Assembly (NCBI GenBank): GCA_016699145.1
Contig: CP064962.1
Span: forward strand, 990,001-1,022,000
Length of the DNA: 32,000 nt
Direction: 5' to 3'
Source of the DNA: Candidatus Saccharimonadota bacterium
GTDB taxonomy: Bacteria; Patescibacteriota; Gracilibacteria; UBA1369; 2-02-FULL-48-14
The position numbers and the translations under genes were made by a program. The notes beneath the pieces are model-generated. The model did no database searches. It worked only from the letters and a program-made list of their open reading frames with translations, and was not told the origin of the DNA. Shown here piece after piece: positions 6,959 to 14,471 of the stretch (its first letter is position 1; every line of letters begins with the position of its first letter).

Positions 6959-9547
6959 TTATAAAGCTGCCTGCGCCGCCGCGAGTCTCGCAACCGGTAC
7001 GCGATAAGGGCTGCAACTCACGTAGTCGAGGCCGATTTCATGGCAGAACATCACAGAGCGAGGTTCTCCCCCATGTTCGCCACAAATCCCGATTTCAAGG
7101 CCAGGCTTCGTGCCACGGCCAAGTTTAACCGCCATACGCATCAGTTGCCCAACCCCCTCTTGATCGATGGTTTCGGTGGGGTTTTCCTCCAAAATATGGT
7201 GTTCGGTGTAGAATGGCAAGAACGCACCGGCATCGTCACGGCTGAGCCCGAAGGTCATCTGGGTGAGGTCGTTGGTTCCAAAACTGAAGAAATCCGCGTG
7301 ATTCGCAATTTGATCGGCCACAATACAAGCACGAGGCAATTCAATCATGGTGCCCACCTTCCAATCGAAGTCCAAAGGTTGCATTTCAGCCGCCACTTTT
7401 TCGACGAGCGCGCGCAGTTTTTTGAGTTCATTCACATGTCCCACAAGAGGAATTTCAATCTCCACAATGGGCTTGATTCCATCGAGCACCACAGCCTTCG
7501 CAGCTTCAAAAATGGCGCGGACTTGCATCTCATAAATTTCAGGCATCGTGATGCCCAGACGACATCCGCGGTGCCCCAGCATTGGGTTGAATTCGTGCAA
7601 AGAATCCACCGTTTTCTTCAAAGCTTCAAAATCCACGCCCATCTCTTGAGCCACAGCTTTGATCTTTCCATCCGTGTTGGGCAAAAACTCGTGCAATGGG
7701 GGGTCCAGCAAACGCACGGTCACAGGGTAACCGTTCATCACACGGAAAATGCCTTTGAAATCTTCACGTTGCACAGGGAGTAGCTTGGCCAAAGGTTCCT
7801 TGCGAGCCTCGGCATCGCGAGACAAAATCATTTGTCGCACATACATAATGCGATCTTCATCAAAAAACATGTGCTCGGTACGGCAGAGTCCAATCCCTTC
7901 AGCGCCCAAACGGCGAGCCACCTCAGCATCGTGAGGTGTGTCGGCGTTGGTGCGAATTTTGAGGCGACGCACCTCATCGGCCCACTTCATAAGAGTGTCG
8001 AAGTCTTCGTCGAGAGAAGCTTCTACGGTAGGGGCCGCTCCTGCTAAAATTTCTCCCGTCGCTCCATCGAGCGTGATCACATCCCCTTCTCGAAAAAGAT
8101 TCACGCCAATCATCAGCGTCTTGGCCTTATCATCCACAATCGCATCCTTACAACCCGCAATACAAGGCTTACCCATTCCACGAGCCACCACCGCAGCGTG
8201 ACTGGTCATTCCTCCGGTTGAGGTCAAAATGCCCTGAGACGCATGCATGCCATGAATGTCTTCGGGGCTGGTCTCCTTGCGCACAAGTATCACTTTTTCG
8301 CCTTCTTCAGCCAGGCGGTAAGCTTCGTCAGCACTGAACACCACCTTCCCCACAGCCGCCCCCGGGGAGGCCGGCAAGCCACGGGCCAAAATCTCGCGTT
8401 TAAAAGCCGGATCTATGCTGGGGTGCAGCAAGGCATTCAATTGGTTAGGATCGATGCGTTTAAGGGCCTCTTTTTGCGTAATCAGCCCTTCGTTCACCAT
8501 TTCTACGGCAATACGAACCGCCGCACGAGCCGTGCGCTTACCATTGCGCGTTTGAAGCATGAAGAGTCGGCCCTTTTCAATGGTGAATTCAATGTCTTGC
8601 ATATCGCGATAATGGTTCTCAAGCAAACGTTGCACTTCGTTGAGTTGTTCAAACATGGCGGGCATTTGGTCACGCAGCGCTGAAAGTTTTTCAGGTGTAC
8701 GAATTCCGGCCACCACATCCTCTCCTTGCGCATTGCAAAGGAATTCTCCAAAAAATTCTTTTTCTCCAGTGGACGGGTTGCGGGTGAAGGCCACTCCGGT
8801 TCCACAGTCATCTCCCATGTTTCCAAACACCATGGATTGCACGTTCACGGCGCTTCCCATGTTGTGAGGCATGCCATGCAAGTTGCGATACGTGATCGCG
8901 CGCTTTCCATTCCAAGACTTGAACACCGCAATGATCGCGAGTTCCAATTGTTCACGAGGATCTTCAGGGAAAGGCCTTCCGCTGTGTTCTTGCACGATTT
9001 GCTTGAAAACGGCCACAAGACGCTTCCAGTCGGCCGCATCCATATCAGTGTCCAGTTCCACCCCCTTTTCTTTCTTAGCCGCTTCCAAGGCTGCTTCAAA
9101 ATGATCGTGCGCAATGTTTAAAACCACGTTTCCAAACATGGTCACAAAACGGCGATACGCGTCGTAAGAAAAGCGAGGATTGTCGGTTTGTTCAATCAGA
9201 GCCTCCACCGTTTGATCATTGAGTCCCAAGTTGAGAATCGTATCCATCATTCCGGGCATAGAAACCTTCGCCCCAGAGCGCACACTCACCAGCAGAGGAT
9301 TCTTGGTGTCCCCAAAACCCTTCCCCATTTTATGTTCGAGTTCGTCCATCTTTTCGTCCAGTTCGTCGTAGAAGCCTTGTGGGAAATCCCCTTTTTCCAA
9401 ATAGTAGTTGCACACCTCGGTCGTGATCGTGAATCCGAATGGAACCGGCAATCCAAGGGCGCTCATTTCAGCGAGCCCGGCGCCTTTCCCTCCAAGGAGG
9501 TCACGCATGTCTTTGTTGCCTTCGTTGAATGCATAAATGTGCTTCAT
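6959..9547 (-). CDS. ppdK: Pyruvate, phosphate dikinase
   Basis: 862 aa. The N-terminus LLGGKGAGLAEMSALGLPVPFGFTITTE, the phospho-His loop GGMTSHAAVVARGMGKPCIAG, and the PEP-utilising C-terminal barrel (GLCRTEHMF, FFSFGTNDLTQ, ICGEHGG) are all present. Confidence 0.95.
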   Translation of the reverse strand: MKHIYAFNEGNKDMRDLLGGKGAGLAEMSALGLPVPFGFTITTEVCNYYLEKGDFPQGFYDELDEKMDELEHKMGKGFGDTKNPLLVSVRSGAKVSMPGMMDTILNLGLNDQTVEALIEQTDNPRFSYDAYRRFVTMFGNVVLNIAHDHFEAALEAAKKEKGVELDTDMDAADWKRLVAVFKQIVQEHSGRPFPEDPREQLELAIIAVFKSWNGKRAITYRNLHGMPHNMGSAVNVQSMVFGNMGDDCGTGVAFTRNPSTGEKEFFGEFLCNAQGEDVVAGIRTPEKLSALRDQMPAMFEQLNEVQRLLENHYRDMQDIEFTIEKGRLFMLQTRNGKRTARAAVRIAVEMVNEGLITQKEALKRIDPNQLNALLHPSIDPAFKREILARGLPASPGAAVGKVVFSADEAYRLAEEGEKVILVRKETSPEDIHGMHASQGILTSTGGMTSHAAVVARGMGKPCIAGCKDAIVDDKAKTLMIGVNLFREGDVITLDGATGEILAGAAPTVEASLDEDFDTLMKWADEVRRLKIRTNADTPHDAEVARRLGAEGIGLCRTEHMFFDEDRIMYVRQMILSRDAEARKEPLAKLLPVQREDFKGIFRVMNGYPVTVRLLDPPLHEFLPNTDGKIKAVAQEMGVDFEALKKTVDSLHEFNPMLGHRGCRLGITMPEIYEMQVRAIFEAAKAVVLDGIKPIVEIEIPLVGHVNELKKLRALVEKVAAEMQPLDFDWKVGTMIELPRACIVADQIANHADFFSFGTNDLTQMTFGLSRDDAGAFLPFYTEHHILEENPTETIDQEGVGQLMRMAVKLGRGTKPGLEIGICGEHGGEPRSVMFCHEIGLDYVSCSPYRVPVARLAAAQAAL

Positions 9548-9623
9548 GGGTTGGGGAGTAAAAAGAGGTGATTTAAGGTTAGAATAGACAGCAGTCTAGA
9601 CAGCATGGACAGTCTTGTCCACT

Positions 9624-10871
9624 TTAAAGGGAACGGCGAGCTTTATAGGCCTCTTCAATACGACGCAGAGCAGAAATGAAAGCCGCTTCACGGAAAGTAG
9701 CATTGTACTTCTTCGCATTTGCAGAGATGTCCTGCCATGCACTGACCATAATGGGCTTGAGTTTTTCTTGAACCTCTTCGGCAGACCAGTAGTAATTGGC
9801 TTGGTTTTGCACGAGTTCAAAATAACTCACCGTCACTCCTCCGGCATTGGCCAAAATGTCCGGGATCACCGGCACTCCTTTACCTTTCAAAATCTCATCC
9901 GCTTCGGGGGTCACCGGTCCATTGGCAAGTTCCAAAATGACCTTGGCTTGGACAGCCGCTGCATTGTCTTTATGAACCTGGTTTTCAAGGGCAGACAAGA
10001 CAAGAATGTCGACATTCAAAGTGAGCAGTTGTTCATTCGTGATCACTTGGCTGTTCGCACCGGCTTCCAGGCAATCCGCCACAGAACCCTTAGACGCCTT
10101 GCCACTCATCACCATTGGAATATTGAGCCCCTCCGCTGCGTAAAGTCCACTCTTGGAGTCGGACACGGCCACGACTTTGAAGCCTTTCTCTGCCAAAAAT
10201 TTCGCCATGAAGGACCCGGCATTTCCAAAGCCCTGAATCGCCACCGTCAATCCCTCCGCTGCCTTGCCATTTTCACGCAAATATTCTTCCAAAATATAGA
10301 CTCCTCCTTGACTGGTTGCGGTGTCGCGTCCTTTGGAACCTCCGGCAGGCAAAAGTTTTCCCGTCACCACTCCAAGCACGTTGCGACCTTGAAGTTTGGA
10401 GTATTCATCGGCAATCCATCCCATGATTTGAGGAGTCGTATAAACATCCGGCGCAGGCACATCCACCTCGGGCCCAATAAAGGGAGCGATGGCACGGGTG
10501 TACTCACGAGTCATGGCTTCGAGTTCACGAGGGGAAAGTTTTTTAGGATCGACAACAATACCGCCCTTTCCTCCACCCAGAGGGATGCCCACCACAGCAC
10601 ACTTTAAGGTCATCCAAGCAGAAAGCGCCTTCACTTCCCCAAGATCCACATCGGGATGGAAACGGATCCCACCTTTGTAAGGGCCACGAATCGAATTGTG
10701 CTGGCAGCGGTAGCCTTGGAACACTCGCCAGGTGCCATTGTCCATTTGAACCGGCACAGACACTTCTAAAATGCGTTCGTGGCGACTGATGAGCTCACGA
10801 ACAGCGGGATGAAGCCCCATGAGATCAGAAGCCTTAGCAATCTGAGCCAGGGTGTTTTCGAAGAGCGACAT
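9624..10871 (-). CDS. gdhA: Glutamate dehydrogenase (Glu/Leu/Phe/Val dehydrogenase family)
   Basis: 415 aa with the catalytic region KGGIRFHP...LSAWMTLKCAVVGIPLGGGKGG and the Rossmann motif IQGFGNAG. Confidence 0.92.
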   Translation of the reverse strand: MSLFENTLAQIAKASDLMGLHPAVRELISRHERILEVSVPVQMDNGTWRVFQGYRCQHNSIRGPYKGGIRFHPDVDLGEVKALSAWMTLKCAVVGIPLGGGKGGIVVDPKKLSPRELEAMTREYTRAIAPFIGPEVDVPAPDVYTTPQIMGWIADEYSKLQGRNVLGVVTGKLLPAGGSKGRDTATSQGGVYILEEYLRENGKAAEGLTVAIQGFGNAGSFMAKFLAEKGFKVVAVSDSKSGLYAAEGLNIPMVMSGKASKGSVADCLEAGANSQVITNEQLLTLNVDILVLSALENQVHKDNAAAVQAKVILELANGPVTPEADEILKGKGVPVIPDILANAGGVTVSYFELVQNQANYYWSAEEVQEKLKPIMVSAWQDISANAKKYNATFREAAFISALRRIEEAYKARRSL

Positions 10872-10950
10872 GGAAAAAGGTTAAAGAAATCGCAAAAAGT
10901 CTAAGACTCGCTACCTCGCCCCGCAAGACGATTTTAGATTTTTAGTAAGC

Positions 10951-11460
10951 TCAATGCTTTTTTCGAAGGACAAATCGCATCCATCTCAAAGCTTTTTGAA
11001 TCCATTGAAAGGAGCTTTTTGGCCTTTGCCGTTCATGCTGAAGTTCGGCTTGCAGACGCTCCAAAATGGTGATGAGTATCAACTTTTCTTTATGAGCCAG
11101 TTGGACAAGTTCAAAGAGCTGTCGACTGGACACCGTTTCTTTGTCCAAAGCGGTGTCTAAGGGGTGGGGAAGGGGGGTGCTTTCCAACACATAATAATCA
11201 TTCTCCAAAAAGACCTCCGGTTTAGAGCTCACTTCCTGTAAAGGCGGATACCCAGGAATTTCCACCCGTTCGATTTGCTGAATCTGCAATCGGGGAAAGC
11301 GTAGGGCCATGGAAGCCTTCGACACCGCGTATTGAAAACCCTGAGGAGTTTGAACCTGTTTGGCGCTCAATTCACCTTTTTTAATCAAACGGCGCACCGT
11401 TTGCGTCGACTTTCCCAAAAGATCAGCCGCTTCCTGAAGTGTCAATAAGCCCTCATCCAT
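10951..11460 (-). CDS. Excisionase/MerR-type helix-turn-helix DNA-binding protein
   Basis: 169 aa. The N-terminal LLTLQEAADLLGKSTQTVRRLIKKGELSAKQV matches the excisionase-family HTH pattern, and the C-terminal part looks helical or coiled-coil (LERLQAELQHERQR). A palindrome array lies immediately upstream. Confidence 0.65.
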   Translation of the reverse strand: MDEGLLTLQEAADLLGKSTQTVRRLIKKGELSAKQVQTPQGFQYAVSKASMALRFPRLQIQQIERVEIPGYPPLQEVSSKPEVFLENDYYVLESTPLPHPLDTALDKETVSSRQLFELVQLAHKEKLILITILERLQAELQHERQRPKSSFQWIQKALRWMRFVLRKKH

Positions 11461-11466
11461 TCGACT

Positions 11467-11633
11467 CGATTAGTCAAGACTTTGTATAGGCGGTTTTTGG
11501 CTTAAAGTAAAGCTAAAACAGGATATGACTAGTCAACTCGTCAGTCTTTGACTAGTCAGGATGGTCAGCTGCTCAACACCTGTTGACTAATCAAAAGTTA
11601 ATTAATCAACATTCGACTAGTCAACTAATCAAC
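11467..11633. promoter_or_regulatory. Array of about 7 copies of the 12-bp palindrome TTGACTAGTCAA and close variants
   Basis: Sites are 11467-11478 (minus-strand TTGACTAATCGA), 11525-11536 ATGACTAGTCAA, 11548-11559 TTGACTAGTCAG and 11583-11594 TTGACTAATCAA. Further sites are 11598-11609 TTAATTAATCAA, 11613-11624 TCGACTAGTCAA and 11621-11632 TCAACTAATCAA. The array lies between the divergent HTH gene (start 11460) and the membrane-protein gene (start 11781). Confidence 0.6.
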
Positions 11634-11780
11634 ATAAAAATCAAACCTGAAATTGTGCAAAACTTCTTTCCAATCCACGGCCGCCGTCTTTTTTCCTAAA
11701 ATTTCAAAAAATCCCACGTCGCCCCCTTTTTTTCCAACGTTTTTCTTTGATTTTTTTTTCGAAGTGCTAAGATAAGGCCC

Positions 11781-12332
11781 ATGGAAAACATACGCCTTTC
11801 CTGGGATCTCTTCGTACTCGTCTTCTTCGGGGTTGTCATCGCCTACAGTTTCATCATTGGGCGCAATCAAACCATCAAAATCATCATTGCTTCTTACATG
11901 GCAATTTTGACCGCTGATGGCCTCGGCAACTTATTTGAAACTTATGTGCTCCCCACCGCTCCAAGCTTGCAAGGGGAGGCGGGCCTTCAGGTATTGGTCC
12001 TGCTCAAGATTTTCGTTTTCGTGCTGACCATTGTGCTTTTAGCCATTCGCGGAGGCTTCCGAGTGGATTTGGGCCTCGAAAATTCCGTAGTGACGCGCAT
12101 CTTGGCCAACTTGAGTTTTGGTTTTTTAAATGCAGGACTCATGGTGAGCACCCTGCTGGTATACCTGACGGGGGGGTCTTTTGTGATGGGCACCGTGCAA
12201 ACCGGCTTGTCCATAAACCTCTACGCCCAATCTGAGTTCATTCAGACTATTATCGATCATTATGATGTTTGGTTTGCTCTTCCAGCTTTGGCTATAGTGC
12301 TGGTGAGTTTTTTCCAGCCCCAGGAAGAATAA
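11781..12332 (+). CDS. Multi-pass membrane protein, possibly CvpA-like
   Basis: 183 aa with four to five hydrophobic helices. The N-terminal WDLFVLVFFGVVIAYSFIIGRNQTIKIIIASYMAIL resembles the CvpA-family architecture; the assignment is weak. Confidence 0.55.
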   Translation: MENIRLSWDLFVLVFFGVVIAYSFIIGRNQTIKIIIASYMAILTADGLGNLFETYVLPTAPSLQGEAGLQVLVLLKIFVFVLTIVLLAIRGGFRVDLGLENSVVTRILANLSFGFLNAGLMVSTLLVYLTGGSFVMGTVQTGLSINLYAQSEFIQTIIDHYDVWFALPALAIVLVSFFQPQEE

Positions 12333-12397
12333 TGGACTTGCATCCAAGGACCGAGCTCCCTAAAATACGCTGGCACAGGCTCATTTGCCTTGCATGG

Positions 12398-12473
12398 GGG
12401 ACAGTAGCTCAGTCGGTAGAGCAACAGCCTTTTAAGCTGATGGTCCTGGGTTCGATTCCCAGCTGTCCCACCA
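12398..12473 (+). tRNA. tRNA-Lys (anticodon UUU), CCA encoded
   Basis: Cloverleaf folded by hand. Acceptor stem GGGACAG/CTGTCCC, D stem GCTC/GAGC, anticodon loop CTTTTAA, 5-nt variable loop, T arm CTGGG-TTCGATT-CCCAG, discriminator A, then CCA. Confidence 0.93.
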
Positions 12474-12588
12474 GATTTTGTACACCCGTTTTCCACAATT
12501 CTCGTCACTGTCCAGTGGCGAAGTGGAAGCTTCCATTTTGACTAATCAAAGGCACTTTTTCAGGTTAAAACCACCTAGACAGCCCTTC

Positions 12589-12620
12589 AAAAAAGATCCG
12601 CTTAGTTTTCCACGGATCTT
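12589..12620 (-). terminator. Intrinsic terminator of dnaJ
   Basis: The minus strand reads AAGATCCG-(12-nt loop)-CGGATCTT followed directly by TTTTGAA, giving a T6 tract that includes the stem end. It lies about 50 nt after the dnaJ stop (12668-12670). Confidence 0.6.
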
Positions 12621-12667
12621 GCACAAAAGTCGTCACTGCCTCCGGCGAATTCGACGCAAATCCAAAG

Positions 12668-13792
12668 CTAAAAAAGCCCAAAACCTTTCGTCACTTCGGT
12701 TCCGCTTTCTTTAGCGAGTTCTTCATAAAGTTCTTTTTCACGACGCGTGAGTTTTTCGGGCACTTTCAAATGGATTCTCACTTTATGGTCACCCAATTTT
12801 TCGGAGCGTAGGGAAGGGGCTCCCTTGTCTTTCAAAGTGAATTCCGTAGCACTCTGAGTTCCAGCTGGAATTTTTAAACTCACTTTTCCATGCACCGTAT
12901 CCACTTTGATGTTGGCTCCTAGTACCCCTTGCAGCATCGGAATGCTTTCTTCCGAAAACACCGTCGCGCCGTCGCGAGAAAATTTAGGATGGGGACTCAC
13001 ACGGATGTGCAAAAACAAATCGCCATAAGTTCCGCCATAGAGCCCGGCAGCTCCGCGGCCTTTCAAACGAATGGTCGTGCCGTTTTCAATTCCCTTGGGA
13101 ATGGTAACGCTGATTTCATTTTTCTTTTTGAGGCGGGTTTGCCCTTTGCATTCGCGGCACACTTGTTCAGGAATTTCCCCGCGTCCTTCACAAACCGGGC
13201 ACACCTGTACACTGCTGATTTGTCCTAAAATCGTTTGTCGGGTCATTCTCACTTGGCCCTTTCCTCCACACTGTTCACATTTTTTCACAGCGGTGTTCGG
13301 CTCGTGGCCTTGACCCCCGCAATGTTCGCAGACTTCAGGCTTGGTGATTTCCAAATGTTTGGTGGTTCCAAAAACAGCCTCTTCAAATTTAATGTCCAAT
13401 TCCGTTTCAATGTCCTTTCCTCGGCTGGGACCTTTGACCTTGCTTTCCCTACCCGAAAACCCGCCCCCTCCGAATCCTCCTCCAAAGAAATTTTCAAAGA
13501 TGTCGGCAAAGCCGTTGAAATCATTGGGATTGAAGCCCTGCCCTCCAAAACCATTAAAACCCTGTCCGCCGAAACCGGCATCGGCGCTGCCAAATTGATC
13601 ATAGCGTTGGCGTTTTTGAGCGTCCGATAGCACTTCATAGGCTTCTTGAACTTCTTTGAACTGAGCCTCTGTCGCCGTATTGCCTGGATTTTTATCGGGA
13701 TGAAGTTCTTGAGCTTTTTTTCGATAGGCCTTTTTGAGTTCCGCTTCGCTCGCATTTTTGTTCACCCCTAAAATGTCGTAGAAATTTTTCAT
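12668..13792 (-). CDS. dnaJ: Molecular chaperone DnaJ (type I Hsp40)
   Basis: 374 aa with a J domain (NFYDILGV...HPDKNP), a G/F-rich linker, and four CxxCxGxG zinc-finger repeats ([31 protein letters not shown]). Confidence 0.95.
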   Translation of the reverse strand: MKNFYDILGVNKNASEAELKKAYRKKAQELHPDKNPGNTATEAQFKEVQEAYEVLSDAQKRQRYDQFGSADAGFGGQGFNGFGGQGFNPNDFNGFADIFENFFGGGFGGGGFSGRESKVKGPSRGKDIETELDIKFEEAVFGTTKHLEITKPEVCEHCGGQGHEPNTAVKKCEQCGGKGQVRMTRQTILGQISSVQVCPVCEGRGEIPEQVCRECKGQTRLKKKNEISVTIPKGIENGTTIRLKGRGAAGLYGGTYGDLFLHIRVSPHPKFSRDGATVFSEESIPMLQGVLGANIKVDTVHGKVSLKIPAGTQSATEFTLKDKGAPSLRSEKLGDHKVRIHLKVPEKLTRREKELYEELAKESGTEVTKGFGLF

Positions 13793-13817
13793 CCCCCTTA
13801 CTTTAATTTAAACTCTG

Positions 13818-13837
13818 ATTTTAGCAAGTGCTAAAAT
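13818..13837. promoter_or_regulatory. Perfect 9-2-9 palindrome ATTTTAGCA-AG-TGCTAAAAT upstream of dnaJ (candidate operator)
   Basis: It lies 26-45 nt upstream of the dnaJ ATG (13792). The arms contain the TTAGCA/TGCTAA ends of the CIRCE consensus, but the spacer is 2 nt rather than 9. A 2-nt loop cannot form an RNA hairpin, which favours a DNA-binding site. Confidence 0.45.
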
Positions 13838-14059
13838 GCCATATTAAACAAAAAAGACAAGCCAATCTCTCCTTAAGAGGAACAGTGAATTCGCCTCAAT
13901 TTTAAGCCCAAAATGGCTTTTTTAGAGCAGTTTTGAACCTGTACAGAAGACAAATGCTTTTTTGAACCTGTTCTTTTAGAGTGGACAACTTTGTCCACCT
14001 TGTCCATTAAGCCTTGAAAGAGCCAAGAAGGATGTCTAAACTTTCCGCGTATCCCCTTG

Positions 14060-14135
14060 GGTCCCATCGTCTAGGGGTCTAGGACACAGGATTCTCATTC
14101 CTGGAACCGGGGTTCAAATCCCCGTGGGATCACCA
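14060..14135 (+). tRNA. tRNA-Glu (anticodon CUC), CCA encoded
   Basis: Acceptor stem GGTCCCA/TGGGATC (one G-T pair), a D arm CGTCTAGGGGTCTAGGAC like canonical tRNA-Glu, and anticodon stem-loop CAGGA-TTCTCAT-TCCTG. It also has a 4-nt variable loop, T arm CGGGG-TTCAAAT-CCCCG, discriminator A, then CCA. Confidence 0.9.
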
Positions 14136-14471
14136 GTCAAGTAGGGAATGACTATATTGTCCTGTCAAGCAATTAGCTGAAACACCCTGTCTACTTGCCC
14201 CGTTATTATAGACAGTCGCCAAACCAAAATAAAACTCTCGCTGAATCTACGAACATTCCACTTTCCGTTCCTTGAAAAATCGCGCAAGTTAAAAAATGAA
14301 AAAGAGTTGAAGAAAAATCCTTGTATCCTTTCCTTTATATACGAATCTGTGGCTTTAATGGTCGAAGCCGCGGATAACACAGTGCTTATTCTGTATAAGT
14401 CGCTTATTCTGACCACGTGCCTCAGGGCTTTGCTCTGAAGTGCGTTTTTTATTTCAATCTAATTTTTTACT

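Noticed and set aside
7040-7783. 247-aa plus-strand ORF, and other plus-strand ORFs between 7347 and 9571
   Set aside because: They are antisense to pyruvate phosphate dikinase and have no recognisable motifs.
9615-10607. 330-aa plus-strand ORF
   Set aside because: It is antisense to the unambiguous glutamate dehydrogenase. Its product is rich in His, Arg and Ser, as is typical of shadow frames.
11625-11870. 81-aa minus-strand ORF
   Set aside because: It overlaps the start of the better-supported membrane-protein gene (11781 plus) and runs through the palindrome array. Its composition is low-complexity (KKKSKKN) and it has no motifs.
12521-12540. TGGAAGCTTCCA palindrome plus TTTTG as a tRNA-Lys terminator
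   Set aside because: The effective stem is only about 4 bp around an AGCT centre, which is not a credible intrinsic terminator.
12260-12541. 82-aa minus-strand and 90-aa plus-strand ORFs
   Set aside because: Both span the tRNA-Lys gene, so they are artefacts of the open frame over a structural RNA.
13818-13837. A canonical CIRCE/HrcA operator upstream of dnaJ
   Set aside because: Only the outer hexamers match, and the 9-nt spacer and inner CTC/GAG are missing. It is kept as a CIRCE-like candidate rather than called as CIRCE.
13873-14416. 64-aa and 83-aa minus-strand ORFs
   Set aside because: One overlaps tRNA-Glu and the other lies in the leader of the SLH gene. Neither has motifs, and the region is better explained as regulatory or untranslated sequence.
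14136-14471. A specific sigma-70 promoter for the SLH-protein gene
   Set aside because: Several TTGAAA/TTGAAG and TATA-like hexamers exist (for example 14272, 14307, 14335 and 14394), but none has correct 16-18-nt spacing. I can only say the gene has a long leader.
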